Part shown: one piece after another, positions 46,069 through 58,184 of the stretch
How the letters are laid out: each line of letters opens with the position of its first letter
Numbering within the stretch: position 1 is the first letter of the stretch
NCBI GenBank assembly: GCA_024704765.1
Contig: JAKMXF010000111.1
Coordinates: forward strand, 186,001 to 250,000
Length of the DNA stretch: 64,000 bases
Source of the DNA: Oopsacas minuta
Lineage: Eukaryota > Animalia > Porifera
Direction: 5' to 3'
Notes under the pieces: model-generated
The model's database searches: none
What the model was told of the DNA's origin: nothing
Seen by the model: only the letters and a program-made list of their open reading frames with translations
Position numbers and translations under genes: made by a program

Positions 46069-46487
46069 GAATATTTTAATAATTTTCTGTTGTATTTGAC
46101 ATTATTAATGGATTTTCTACTTTTGTATCTGTGAGTGAGTTATTATTGTATTTTTATTCTGTTGACTTTCAAGGGTCTCGGATCAATGCCGGTTCCATGG
46201 GGCCCGGTGTATGCCAAATTCTGGTGTCTCGAATAATATTGGGACTTGTTGTATGCCAGAATCACACAAACCATGAATACAAAGTATCAATGCTAGTTTC
46301 ACACACTAGTATTAGACAGAACAAGTATATATTCCAACAGTATGCCAGCTTCCATCCTGTTACGTCATGATAGAATCACGCAAACCATGGATATTTCTTA
46401 TCTATGGCTTCTATGCTAGATATTTATTATTAATTGGGTACTATTAATAAATTTCTAATACAGTAATCTCGTAACAAAACAAATCCA

Positions 46488-49400
46488 TTATTTATGATGT
46501 CCAATAGTGCTTGTAGCTGCCTTCCCCTTGTTCTGAATCATAAGCAATTTCCTTGTTATCTTCTTCGATATGTTAGTTGTATCATCTGATTGAGTCTGTT
46601 GCTTTATCAATTCTTCATCACTTTTGTCTATCGTAGACATCTCAGCATGTTGTGTAAGACTCTCTATTATCTCGTTATGTAGGGATATTTGACGTTGTAT
46701 TTCATCATAAGACTTCTCATCAGCGATCTAGGAAGAAAGGTTTGGTAGCGATAGATATATCGGATATGAAAAATATCGAAAATATCGTCCTGGCTACTCA
46801 TTGAGTGGGACATAGACTTACGCTCTGAGAATTTACTTTTTTCCGGCAAAATTCCAAATATCCCTGTCTTTCCCGAACACTAACACCGTACAATCATACA
46901 TACATACTCACGTCTTGCAATCTCTTGTGTTCTTTCTCAATATCTAAATCCAGTTTAGATCTGAGATAATCTGGTACCAGTTCATGCTGCATACAAATAA
47001 TCCTTCCTTCTGTTATATTCTCAAGCTCTCTATCGTGCTCTATTGAGAACGTTTTGGGGATTATTACAGCGTTCTGGACATCTCTTCCTAAGGAATACAA
47101 TTTAGTGATCATTACTATGCATGAGTTTGGCTTTCATATACATACTTGCCAACCTGAGTGAAGAAAAAAGCGAGACGGAAGACACTAATTTAGCGGGACA
47201 TCGCGGGCCGTAGCATATTTGTATTAGACTGGACTACAAAAAAGTCGGACAATTAAGGTTTTTGGCAAGTTTTGGCGGGATATTAGCCTCATTGGCCCTC
47301 AACATATGAATTGATTGACGAAACTGGAATACCCCCAGGGCTAATTTTTGGCATACAGGAGGGTATTTTAGGCCTGGCTTGGACAAGTTCGAGTCTTGGA
47401 CGAAAATTCACACCTATGACGCTATGGTCACCTTTTTTTGATTTTCGAAAAATCACATTATTATCCCCTGCTGACTGCTCAGCCAATATACATTATAGAA
47501 GTTTGAAATTTGAATTACAGGTACCCCTCAATGTGACGAATAATAATAGAAAATCATTGGTTGGAGGGAGTGGCTATACAAATTGACTAAAAATCTCTTA
47601 TTACAAAATATGGGAACGGGGAATGGGGTTATCAGGAGATTCGCCGTTCCGACCTCCCCCACTTATAGAGGTCCAACTGTATTTATGTATCCACATCTCA
47701 TCAATAAAATAGCTTCCTATACGAGTATGAATACAGAGATGTTCTCTGCTACAGAAGATGTAGCACCAGAAGAATACAATGAAGATATAGCTCGGTATTA
47801 TGAGGTAACTTTTTACAATATTCCGCCAATTTGGAAAGCAATTATTTTTTCATGTCCCAGCGAGTGTCGTTTTATTCAGGTTCCACTGTATTTCCCCTAT
47901 TACACCCGAAAATCACCAGAAATATAGCAATAAAGTAAGATTTTCCTGAGATTTTCAACATTCCCCTGAATATGTAGTAGAATCAAGTACGATAATGCGC
48001 TAATCGAAAATCCAAATTTTAGATCATCTCAGAACTCCAAAAAGTGAAACACGAAGTATCTGACAAAAGCAAACGTAACCACTATCTCAATAAATGGGTC
48101 CAAGAGCTTGATAATAAAATAGGTTTATTAGTCAACCACAGAATATCCCTCGAAGAATTAACAAATATTTGTACGAAACAGAAGGAAATGCCTGAATCTG
48201 TTAGAGCAGATCAACGACATCAACTCTATAGTAACTTATTCTATTTGTTACAGACTTCTCCAAGGTTGTTTAGAAATTAGAATTATAATATTTAATAGTG
48301 TCACTACGGGCATTTTAGCCCAATTAACCGGGTCTTATTATGAACCAAGCCATGGACAATCATCCTTTATAAAGCGAAGTCCCTACCAATTGGCTGTGTA
48401 TGAGTGATTCCTTTCAAAAATATACGGACAGAGTACACATATCTCCTTATACGAATTACAAATTTTATCTGACATCTCGAAACGAGGCGAATTTCCAGAA
48501 TGTTTTTATAAGTCAATGTAAACCTCTGAAATACGACAACCTCCGAGATGCGACACAATACCATTCTCCTGGTTGACATTCATTTCAGAGGTTTACCATG
48601 TAATATAACAAGATATATGAAATGGTCGATGGTATGTCTATAAACTCAAATCCGCTGCATTCACATTCCTATCTCCCCTTTTAGTTACGTAGCAACCTTA
48701 ACTAGAGCAGCTTCCCTAGAAGAGATAGATGCTTTATTAGAAACAGTAATGTTCTCTCTATATGGTAATCAGTATGAAGAGAGAGAAGAACATCTATTAT
48801 TAGCTATGTTCCATCTAGCTCTTACAAGGGAGATACAGAATGCGCAAGATTTAGGTAAGTCACACAAATATTAGCTACCAAGGAGATAACTAGGGAAAAC
48901 TGAGGCATGGATGGTAAGCCCTTTCGCCACAGAAACATGATTGGGAAATTGGCATATACTTCGAGAAACACCACGATAATTCGAGTTAGTTTGTCCAAAT
49001 ATAGTAGAGTTTGGTTTCCATTTTATAAAGTTTCGTATATTTTTAATGAAAATTTACGTCGTAAAGAACTCGGTCATGACCCACCCAATCTGGAAACAAC
49101 AATTTGTACTTACTACCCAAGTGTACGTCTTATTCGAGTTCTACTGTATTATCTCTATGGCTTACTTGTTGGGAATGAATAATAGCTAGAATGAGTCCAG
49201 AGGAATCGACTGTTTTAGATTCTAACTACAAGTCAGAGACTCAGGGTTTTCAGGAGGAAATCGAGTATTTCTTCCGAGTACTGCCTACAATTTATAAGCA
49301 AATAATCACTATAAATGCGGTTTCTATAGTGATTTATGTCCAATTCAAAATCTCATTAATATATATGTACGTTTATATTAAACTTGAAAATATTAGGCAC

Positions 49401-52400
49401 ACTGATGCGTAACAATTCCGCTATGACTAGAATGATGACGACATACACTAGAAGGCCTCCTGGTAAGAATTATGTAAAAACATTCTTTGCAGAACAATTG
49501 GAAGAGCTAGCTACACTAGAAGATTCATTAGAGATCAATTCTATCAAAGTTTGTTTGTATTTCGGTTTATATTAAGCCTGGACCCCCTATAACAATTTTA
49601 CACATTCTGTGGAGTATGGACCCCGTGCTGTATTCCGTGATCTCTTGGACCACCAAGGAGTTCATTGGCCTCGGGTTGGACCGCTGATTATGTAACAACC
49701 ATTCATGTTATTGACATAGTTAAAAGTTTAGGCTCTAATTAATATTGAGTTCAGCATGAACCTTGAACTTATTAATGAACTTGAGCTTGACATGGACTTT
49801 CTTGAAAGTCATAATCAATGGGTTTGGACCTGCAAATTTTAGCTTAGCGAAAAATATTAACCAATAAATTATGCTATTTCTACGGTCTGGCCTATATTTG
49901 TACAATTTCAAATTTCTCTATAATTGCTTATTTCGATATCCCTTGTTAGATTTGTAGGAGTTGGCTGTAATTTGAATGGCGAATATTTATGTGCATTAGA
50001 ATTATTTTTAATCCTAGGTGTTAGAAGAATTACGTCACAAACGCGGTGAAAAACAAGTACGCCGTGGGACGCAAGCAGAAGCAGACGCAGACACTGAAGT
50101 ACAGAAAATAGTTCAACAGAGAATGAAAACACTAGAAAATCATATTACACGATTTCTATCAACAATGTATTCATCTATAAACAGAGTTCCTTATGGTATA
50201 CGATTTCTATGTAAAGCAATAAAGAACCTAGTCGGTGAGCGCTTTCCAAGCATTACTTCCGATACGACCACGATAATGGTGGGTGGATTCTTCTATCTGC
50301 GTTTTATTAATCCAATAATTACTGCACCGCACGCACCGAGTATTAACATACTCAGTAAAACTCCGACAATTAATGGGAGACGTGCATTAACATTGTTAGC
50401 CAAAACTCTACAAACAATTTCGAATCTCGCGACAACTCGTGAAGCCTATATGAAATCGTTGGAGCCTTTTTTATTTGCAAAGCACGATGCGATAAAGGAA
50501 TTCATACGCAATCTTTGTCAAGTACCAGATTTCCATCAACAATTGGAGATGGAAGCGTTTTTAGCTCTTTCGAAGAGGCAGATTAACCTTGAATTGCGAT
50601 GGAAAGAAATTTCCAATATTCACCAGTTATTATTGACTTATCATGAGAAATTAGTTGGAGAAGATCCGGATAAATTATCGATAATACTCGATGAATTAAA
50701 AGCCAGAATTAATCCACAAGATTTCATCGTTAACTCAGAGACTTTAATACAATTACCACTTGAGAGTTATTGGCCGGATTCACCAGAAAATTCTATATTC
50801 TCCCTTGACAACGCGGAAAATGCATACAAATTCAGTATACTACTTTTGTCGAAAATTTTTAAAGCAGTTCCACATTGTCTACAGGAAAAGGATTTAGAAA
50901 GTGCGCTTATGAAAGCGAGAAGAAGTGAAAACGATGAAGTTGCTGCACTGACCGAAATAGCCATCAAGAAAATACGACCACTTTTCGAAAACGAGGAAAA
51001 TAGTGAGGAGTTTCGCAGAAAAATGTTCACGGATGTCAAAGCAGATATACCAACGATTGAACAGTTAATCGAGCAGAATTCAGAAGAGTTAATAGATTTG
51101 AAATATATCTATGACGATTTAATTAGTGTTGAACATTCTTTAACTGAAAAATTTGATGCTTACGAACAGTATTTAGTACAGGTGCGTAAAGCTGCAACAC
51201 CCAATACTTCACTGGAAAATTCCCAATCACACATGAGCTCGACAAAGGTACACAAATTCCCATTTTCACAACTTTACAGAGATGGTGTAATTTTAGATGT
51301 CAGCGAAGTACCTGAAAAACGCCGGAATAATTTATACTTTCTTCTTTCAGTAGAAGACGCTGGCGTATTCAAAATAGCAGTGCATTACGAAGGCCGTGAC
51401 AATGAAATTGCAAGTCATAGTTTCGGTTTAGAGGAATTATTAGAACATCAATATCTCCAAAATCCAATTCTTTCAGATTTGGAATTTGTAAATTTGAATG
51501 CTAAAAATCTTCTACTCCTTATATATCGTACGTTCTCCATGAAATAGTTCAGACAATTCCCTTTCCTTGCAGCTTTTATTTTTCAACAAATAATGTATAT
51601 TTGGGAACACAATTCATCTGTGTGTAGCTATTCAGTTCATTTGTTATTGAGTCTATAATTGTATTTGTTTATAATTAACGTTTGTTGCATTTGCTCATTC
51701 ATTTGTTTGTTTGTTTCCCTGAGGAATTGTGAGTACAGCATTAAATAACTTTGATTATAGAACTTTGTATAAGTGTGATTTTAATATTACTGCAGCTTAT
51801 AGTCATTTTTGTTTCCGAATGTTTTTCACTCGTGATCCCTCCTATACCAATTTTAACAAATTATGGACCCCTGCTGTCGTCCATGGACCACAAAGACTCC
51901 ATACACTCCTGGTTGGGAACCCTATACTAGAGGATAGCTTTCAACGAGAGAACTGCATTTGTCCGAATTTTGCTCACTATTTGTACTATAGTGAAGAGCT
52001 TTTGTGGCTAAATAGTGTGAACATTCGTTCGATGTTTTCCGTATATCAGACTGATTGTTGGCCAAATTCGGACGGATCACTGGTCTACAAATTAAGATAA
52101 ATGCAGGCCTCGCTTTTCAATGTTTTTCAGGAATATTTGATTGTGAGAGAAATGTCGACAGAATTAATTTCCTTCTTAGAATAGTAGATACGTATCTCCC
52201 TTCGAATATATACCTAGCGTACAATATCACTTACCTTTCTCGTTTGCAACAGTTTTTGATAGAGTATTCAGCTGTCCAGTAAGTACGCTAAATCCGTCTA
52301 ATAATTCAGAATATGTTGGTCCCTTGCTTTCTACCTGACCTAGAATATCTGATACAGTTCTCTTCACTTCTTTAGTATGAGTCATTATACTAGTGTAAGG

Positions 52401-52445
52401 GACTGTGTTAGCTAGTTTCTTCTCACCTGATTCGTTTGTAACCAT
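46488..52445 (-). CDS. MED8: Mediator of RNA polymerase II transcription subunit 8, 3 exons
   Basis: Minus-strand exons 52445-52235, 47087-46912 and 46727-46488 join in frame (208 aa). Motifs PTYSELLDGFSVLTGQLNTL, NAVIIP, TEGRI and HELVPDYLRSKLD match MED8. Donor G|GTAAG and acceptor TTAG are both phase 1. Confidence 0.85.
47141..47303. mobile_element. hAT-like MITE remnant (family D)
   Basis: Starts CATACTTGCCAAC; near-identical segment shared with 19317-19425. Confidence 0.65.
47727..51547 (+). CDS. RasGAP + RasGAP_C protein of the Gap1/Sar1 (fungal/amoebozoan) type, nested in MED8 intron 1
   Basis: Exons 47727-47804, 48023-48264, 48685-48854, 49397-49548, 50018-51547. Motifs IGLLVNHRI, LFYLLQT, VMFSLYGNQYEEREEHLLL, LMRNNSAMTRMMTTYTRR, GGFFYLRFINP and HKFPFSQLYRDGVI. 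The start exon is the least certain. Confidence 0.85.
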
Positions 52446-53592
52446 TTCTAGGTATTTTCTGGAAAACTAAATATTGTTTACATACGTTGAGATATATTTA
52501 ATCCGAATGGCGGAAAATTCGAGCTTTCGTCCCTCGTATTTTGATTAATTTAAATGACTGGCCTATGCGCCACTACAAAATAGTGAAAAAATACAATTTG
52601 AAGCAATATAAATATCCAACTAATCAACGAGATATAGCTTCCAAACACCCTAACCAACAATCATGAGCAAGTAAGACATACGGGCAACATCCAGGAGCAA
52701 TCTTGATAGTCTTCCAAGCGTAGAAATCCTCGCTAGAGTAAGAATAGTGAGGAAGCTTCAGCTAAACATATCTTGGGGATGCCATTTTTTAGGAACGAAA
52801 ATTTCGGGGACGAAACTTCCGTTAACCATTTAATCAGGTGGGGAGTATTCAGACTAGTTTAAGGCGAAATGGGTACTAAACTGTCCCAATTCACTAAGAA
52901 TATACTTGTTTTATTAACTAGATTTATCGGCTCATGCCATAACCCTAAAATTCATTCATAAATCAGAAAGTAATAATAATCTAATAATATGTGCTTCTTC
53001 TGTCTCTGCCATAATGGAAGAGTTCATTAAAATTATTAAATCTGCAGTTTGTACACACATTGGCAACACTGGTAGCAAAATGAAGATTAAATTTAACTTT
53101 TACACGGTGAAGCGGAATGCCGGATGATGTGGCCACAAGTTTCATGCCGCACGTTTGAAAGTTCATAGTTCATGCTAAGCTCTTGTCATAAGTCGAAAGT
53201 TTTTCTAAAGTGAATGTATTTGGAATTACGTCTAATTCTGATACAAATGCGTAGCAACTAATACGCTAAATTTTTCTTTACTGATGGGTAAATAAGAATT
53301 GTAAGTTTTTTGAAGGATTATTTTAACCTGACTTTATTATTTATTTGGCCTTATATAAGTGGGACAATTTCTCTTTTTGGCACTCACAGTGGTACATTAG
53401 TTTCATAAGGACAAAATTGGGATGTACCACCAAAAGCTGTACAATTAGAAAGTATGTAACTACAGTCAACTCGGATACATTGAACTCCCGGCTTATAATT
53501 TATAAGGATGGTTTTCCATTGCAACATATATTGTATACCATATTTCGGTATACGTACAATATCAATTAAGTAAATTTGATTTCAGGTTATCA

Positions 53593-55312
53593 ATGTGTGC
53601 AAACGCTAATCCAGACACCCATAACCAAGATTACAACCCCAGTCACAGCTCAAGTTTCCATTCACAAAAAGATTCACCATATTCAGCCCTTCAACAATAC
53701 ACTGATAATTATGAATACCCTTACTGCCAAGATATTAATAAATACGATAAACAACTGAAAATAGGGCAAGGGACATTCGGCGAGGTTTTCTATGCGAAAT
53801 GCAGGCGTACTCATAGGGCAGTTGCGTTGAAAAAAGTGAAAATGGAATATGAAAAGGAAGGATTTCCAATCACTGCCTTGAGAGAAATCCGTATCTTACA
53901 ATTATTACGTCATGAAAATGTTGTACGTTTATACGAAATATGCCGATCAAAATCAACACTATACAACCGTGAACGAGGCAGTATTTACATGGTATTTGAG
54001 TTCTGTGAGCATGATCTAGCAGGGCTACTCAGTAACCCTGAAGTTAAGTTCCCCCTTGAGGAAATTAAAGATATCATACGGCAGTTGTTTCGTGCGATAT
54101 CCTATCTACATAGTAATAATGTATTACATCGTGATATGAAAGCTTCGAATATTTTCATTACACGTGAGGGGAAATTGAAACTTGGCGATTTCGGTTTAGC
54201 TAGGGCAATTGCTACGAGCAAAATGCAGCCAGCGAAATATACAAATCGTGTTGTGACCTTATGGTATCGCGCGCCGGAATTACTGCTTGGTGATAGGAAC
54301 TATAGTTTTCCAATAGACCTATGGGGCGTGGGGTGTATTATGGCTGAAATGTGGATACGTTCGCCTATACTACAAGGGACTATTGAAACACATCAGCTGA
54401 CATTGATCAGCTGTCTCTGTGGAAGTATAAATACACGTGTATGGCCTGATGTAGAGAAATTAGAACTTTTCTCGAAAATTGTTTTAAAAGATGAGACTAG
54501 GAAAGTTGTGGAAAGATTGACACCAAAAGTTGGTAATAGATATGCAGTTGATTTGATTGACAAACTTCTAGTATTAGGTAAGTGTAATGATCATGTGCAG
54601 TAACTTGGGTAGCCCCAATAGCTATTATCAAATTTCTATCCCTTGCTCGTTGCTATAGTGTGTTTGAAATAGTTTCAAGTTCAGGTCCTATTGGGAGATG
54701 CCCGAATGGCATGGACAATGTTGGTACGTCCGTCCGCGCGGCCGTGCGGAATCTAGCAGTCCAATTAATTTGAATTTTGTACACATACATTTTGGGACGA
54801 GATTTGCACCTCGGGTATGAATTTTTCTAAAGTGGAATTTTCACAAATTTTGGGTGACTAATCATATTTTCACACCATTCTGTAAAGAGCTCTATATCGC
54901 GATGTATAGAGGGCTGGCTTTATTTTTCAATTTGCATAGATTTAAAATACAGTCAACACCGTCATATCGAATTCTAAAAATTATGTGTTCTAAACCCGTC
55001 AATATAACATAATTTATCAGCTATATAGAATTATCGCGGGTCTTTTGGGCTTCAATATAACGGGAGCTGACTATATTTATTTTGTATGTAGATCCTTCCA
55101 AACGAATAACAAGTAATGCAGCGTTAGAACACGAATTCTTCACATCAGAACCGTTGCCAATAAGCGCAGAACGTACACTACGTCATCTACCTGATAACTG
55201 CTTTGAGATGACAGCTCCACAACGACCTAGACTAGGTGTAAGTCATGCACCTAAACCTAGGGAAACCTCTCAGATGGGAGTAAGTGCTGGTATGGGAGAC
55301 AGACTGTATTAG
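53593..55312 (+). CDS. CDK9: Cyclin-dependent kinase 9 (P-TEFb kinase), 2 coding exons
   Basis: Exons 53593-54577 and 55092-55312 (phase 1). Motifs GQGTFGEV, PITALRE, HRDMKASN, DFGLAR and YTNRVVTLWYR. Confidence 0.93.
54692..54880 (+). repeat. Interspersed repeat family B (5' part), in the CDK9 intron
   Basis: Homologous to the 7051 and 44420 copies. Confidence 0.7.
54950..55073. mobile_element. Family A MITE in the CDK9 intron
   Basis: TA-CAGTCAACACCGTCATATCGAA...CAATATAACGGGAGCTGACTA-TA. Confidence 0.6.
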
Positions 55313-56208
55313 TACATTAATAGATATACAAGTTTATTGTTATATCTGTGTGGTGTTATTAATAATTAATTTCCAAACTATGTTTCCAAGAAAATGGAAA
55401 GATTGTATTGCAGCCAATTGATTATTATGTCATCGGAAATGAAATTCTTTGAGATAGTGAATGCTCCATATGACTGGTATTTGAGATAACAGATGTCAAC
55501 TGTTGTAGATATAGAATGTCTGTTCTCCCAATAGTATATTTTCCATAGTATATCCAGTCGAATTCGATGTGCTTGTTTCTCCATTTTACATACAAAACTA
55601 ATTGGGTTTGTATTGCCTCATTTCTCTTGCATTTGTGGGGAAAAACGATTTCAACCTGTGCCGAGTGCCGACTTGCAAACGGAATGGACCATGGTTCACA
55701 TTGGTGGCCCATGACACCATAGACACCAATTTGGGGGTCTGGACCGCCAGATTTAGAGACAGAAACCGAAATTTACATAGAGTTATTGCGCAGTAAGTAT
55801 GTACGACAGTTTGCGAACCACTCAGTTGGGCTAGATGTATTTAGTATTACCATTCGAGTTTTTCGTTAATTTCCATTCTCTTGATGAATTTCATTCAAAG
55901 TGTTGCCATATAAATTGCCTCAATTGTGTCGCAACGACACCTTAAAGGCACATAATATATCTATTATGTAATAATATCATTGAGACTTGTTTATTCATAA
56001 CAAAACTATAATAATAGAACAATGAAGGAGAAATTGAATTGTGTATTTATAATATATTGAGTGTATAATTTGAATTACAATCGAATATACTTAGTTAATT
56101 TCTCCTTAGTGTAATATATTTATTACCGTAAACTGGGTCTACTTTGGCCCACTGGGTTTGCTCTAGCCCAAATATTGAAATTTGCTTACGTATCGAATAG
56201 ATATTGTA

Positions 56209-57543
56209 CAGGGGAATTCAATAAATACTAATCATACCATACTAAAACTATAAATACTTCTGTAAAGTTGGTGATTTTTGCTATGAATGTTCAAAGTAGT
56301 CTCCTTTATACGCTACAACTGAATTTAGCCTTTTAATCCAGTTTTCAAAGGTCTTCCTGTACTCATCCTTGGGTATGACTTCAAGGCATCTGTAAATTGC
56401 CCGACCAAGGCTGAGCAGATCCTCAAATTCGCGTCCGGAGACGTTATCTTTGAGTTTTCTTAACAGCCAGAAGTCACATGGGGCTATATCAGGGGAGTAA
56501 GGTGGATGTGGAACTTCGTGCATACCCGTATCTTTAAGTTTTTTCCTAACAGCGAAAGATTTATGCAGTCTAGCATTATCGTGCAAAACTTTGAGACCAC
56601 GAGTTCCAGTCTTTGGACGACGTTTAAGATAATATTTTTCGACCTCAGGCAATACCATATCTGCGTAAAATTGTCCTGTGAGTGTCTGACCTTTGAGAAC
56701 AGGGATTTGGGCTACAGGACCTAAGTCATCGAAAAAATGCAGTACAAGACCTTCGGGGCACAGAAGTCGGATACACAAACAGCTGGGGGTACCTCTCCCT
56801 TCTTTAGCCATACCCTGCCATCTTGCTTTCTGATCGGTGGTTTGAATTGTAGCCATGTTTCATCTCCTGTTACTATCCCTAATAACCGTCCAGGGTCACT
56901 CCCTTCATAAATTTCAAGGTTTTCCTTAGCCATTTGGAGTCTCGCGGCCTTTTGTGGAAAATTAAGCAATGTGGCATCCATCGCATTTGGACCTTCCTCA
57001 GTTCTAAATCCGGGTTCAGAATTGTGTGTGCACTTCCCGTTGAAATGCCAACATAGTTAGCTACCTCCTCAACCGAAGAATGCAGAAAAGACGCGACATA
57101 TTCGTTTACTTCACTCAATTTGTCATTGTTGGTCGCCAGTTTTAGTGCTCCAGGACGAGGGGCGTCTTGGACAGAGGTCCTACCTTCCCTAAATAGGCTC
57201 ACCCACCTTTTGATAGTTGAATACGATAAAGTATCTTCTCTACATATCGTTGCCAACTCGTTATGAATAGACTTTGGAGAGATTTCGAGAATGGTGCGAA
57301 ATTTGATGTACGTTCGTTGTTCAAGTTCCCAAAAATTTGGACAAGAAGCCATGAAAAATGTAAAGGAGAAAATGTAAGTTTCTAAAAATAACTGAAACTT
57401 GGGAAATAATTAAGTGATCAACTCTCTCTAAGTTTTGTTAGAAAGTTGAAATATGGCTCTATATAATTGCACTGAGAAATACAAGCTTAGAACTGCTATT
57501 ACTTTAAAAATATAGGATGATTAATATATATTGAATGCCCCTG
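56209..57543 (-). mobile_element. Mariner (DD34D) DNA transposon, full length, inactive
   Basis: 1335 bp; TIR CAGGGG(A/C)ATTCAATA and TA target duplication at 56207-8 and 57544-5. Confidence 0.92.
56281..57352 (-). pseudogene. Mariner transposase, two frameshifts
   Basis: Split over three ORFs. HTH region and WMPHCL, then TGDETW, HDNA and YSPDIAPCD, with 34 residues between the last two Asp. Confidence 0.9.
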
Positions 57544-58184
57544 TATTTGTATTCGAAATTGTCTATCGATATTTGAAAATTCGTTAAAGTTTTGGCAAGT
57601 CATTTTCAAAGTATAATACTGAATCTAATCTAGTTTCTTTGAAACTTTGATATTTGGGCTAAAGCAAACCCAGTGGGACAAAGTAGCTCCAGTTTACGGT
57701 ACGGTCTCCAGACCTACGAGACGATCTCTTCCAAAGATTATTAATTTTTCTTGTCCCCATAACTACTTATGGGTTTGGACTACTCAGGACCAGGCATGCA
57801 GAGCTCGACCCAAGTATTTGTATGTTGTTTCCATGTTGGAAACTCGCATTCTGCTCGAATAAATACATTGTAATATTGTATTTCCCTGAATACGCGTCCG
57901 CGAGATTTTTCAGGGAAATAGTGTATATGTAGATCAACAAATTAACAAACATTATACCCTAGATGCTTACTAGACGAATATGTTTACATAATTTCGGGAA
58001 TATGTAAACATATTTGTTTAGTAAGCATTTATTTGGTAAAATAAGTCATTGCGTCACACATTGGTAGCAGTTTATATCATTCGAAACCAACGTCGTGTTC
58101 GAATTTCTTATCAACTTTGAAAGTACAATCAACTCCGACATATATTTCATCAGTTGACTGTAATATTTTAAATTTGCTCCCAGA

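Larger units (their letters stand above)
56126..57699. mobile_element. TA-flanked MITE with about 60-bp TIRs, interrupted by a mariner
   Basis: CCGTAAACTGGGTCTACTTTGGCCCACTGGGTTTGC at 56126 is inverted at about 57645-57699, with TA on both sides. About 237 bp remain after removing the mariner. Confidence 0.75.

Noticed and set aside
55425-55796. Overlapping plus and minus ORFs downstream of CDK9 that look protein-like
   Set aside because: No motif, no supported start or splice partners on either strand. It cannot be called from sequence alone.
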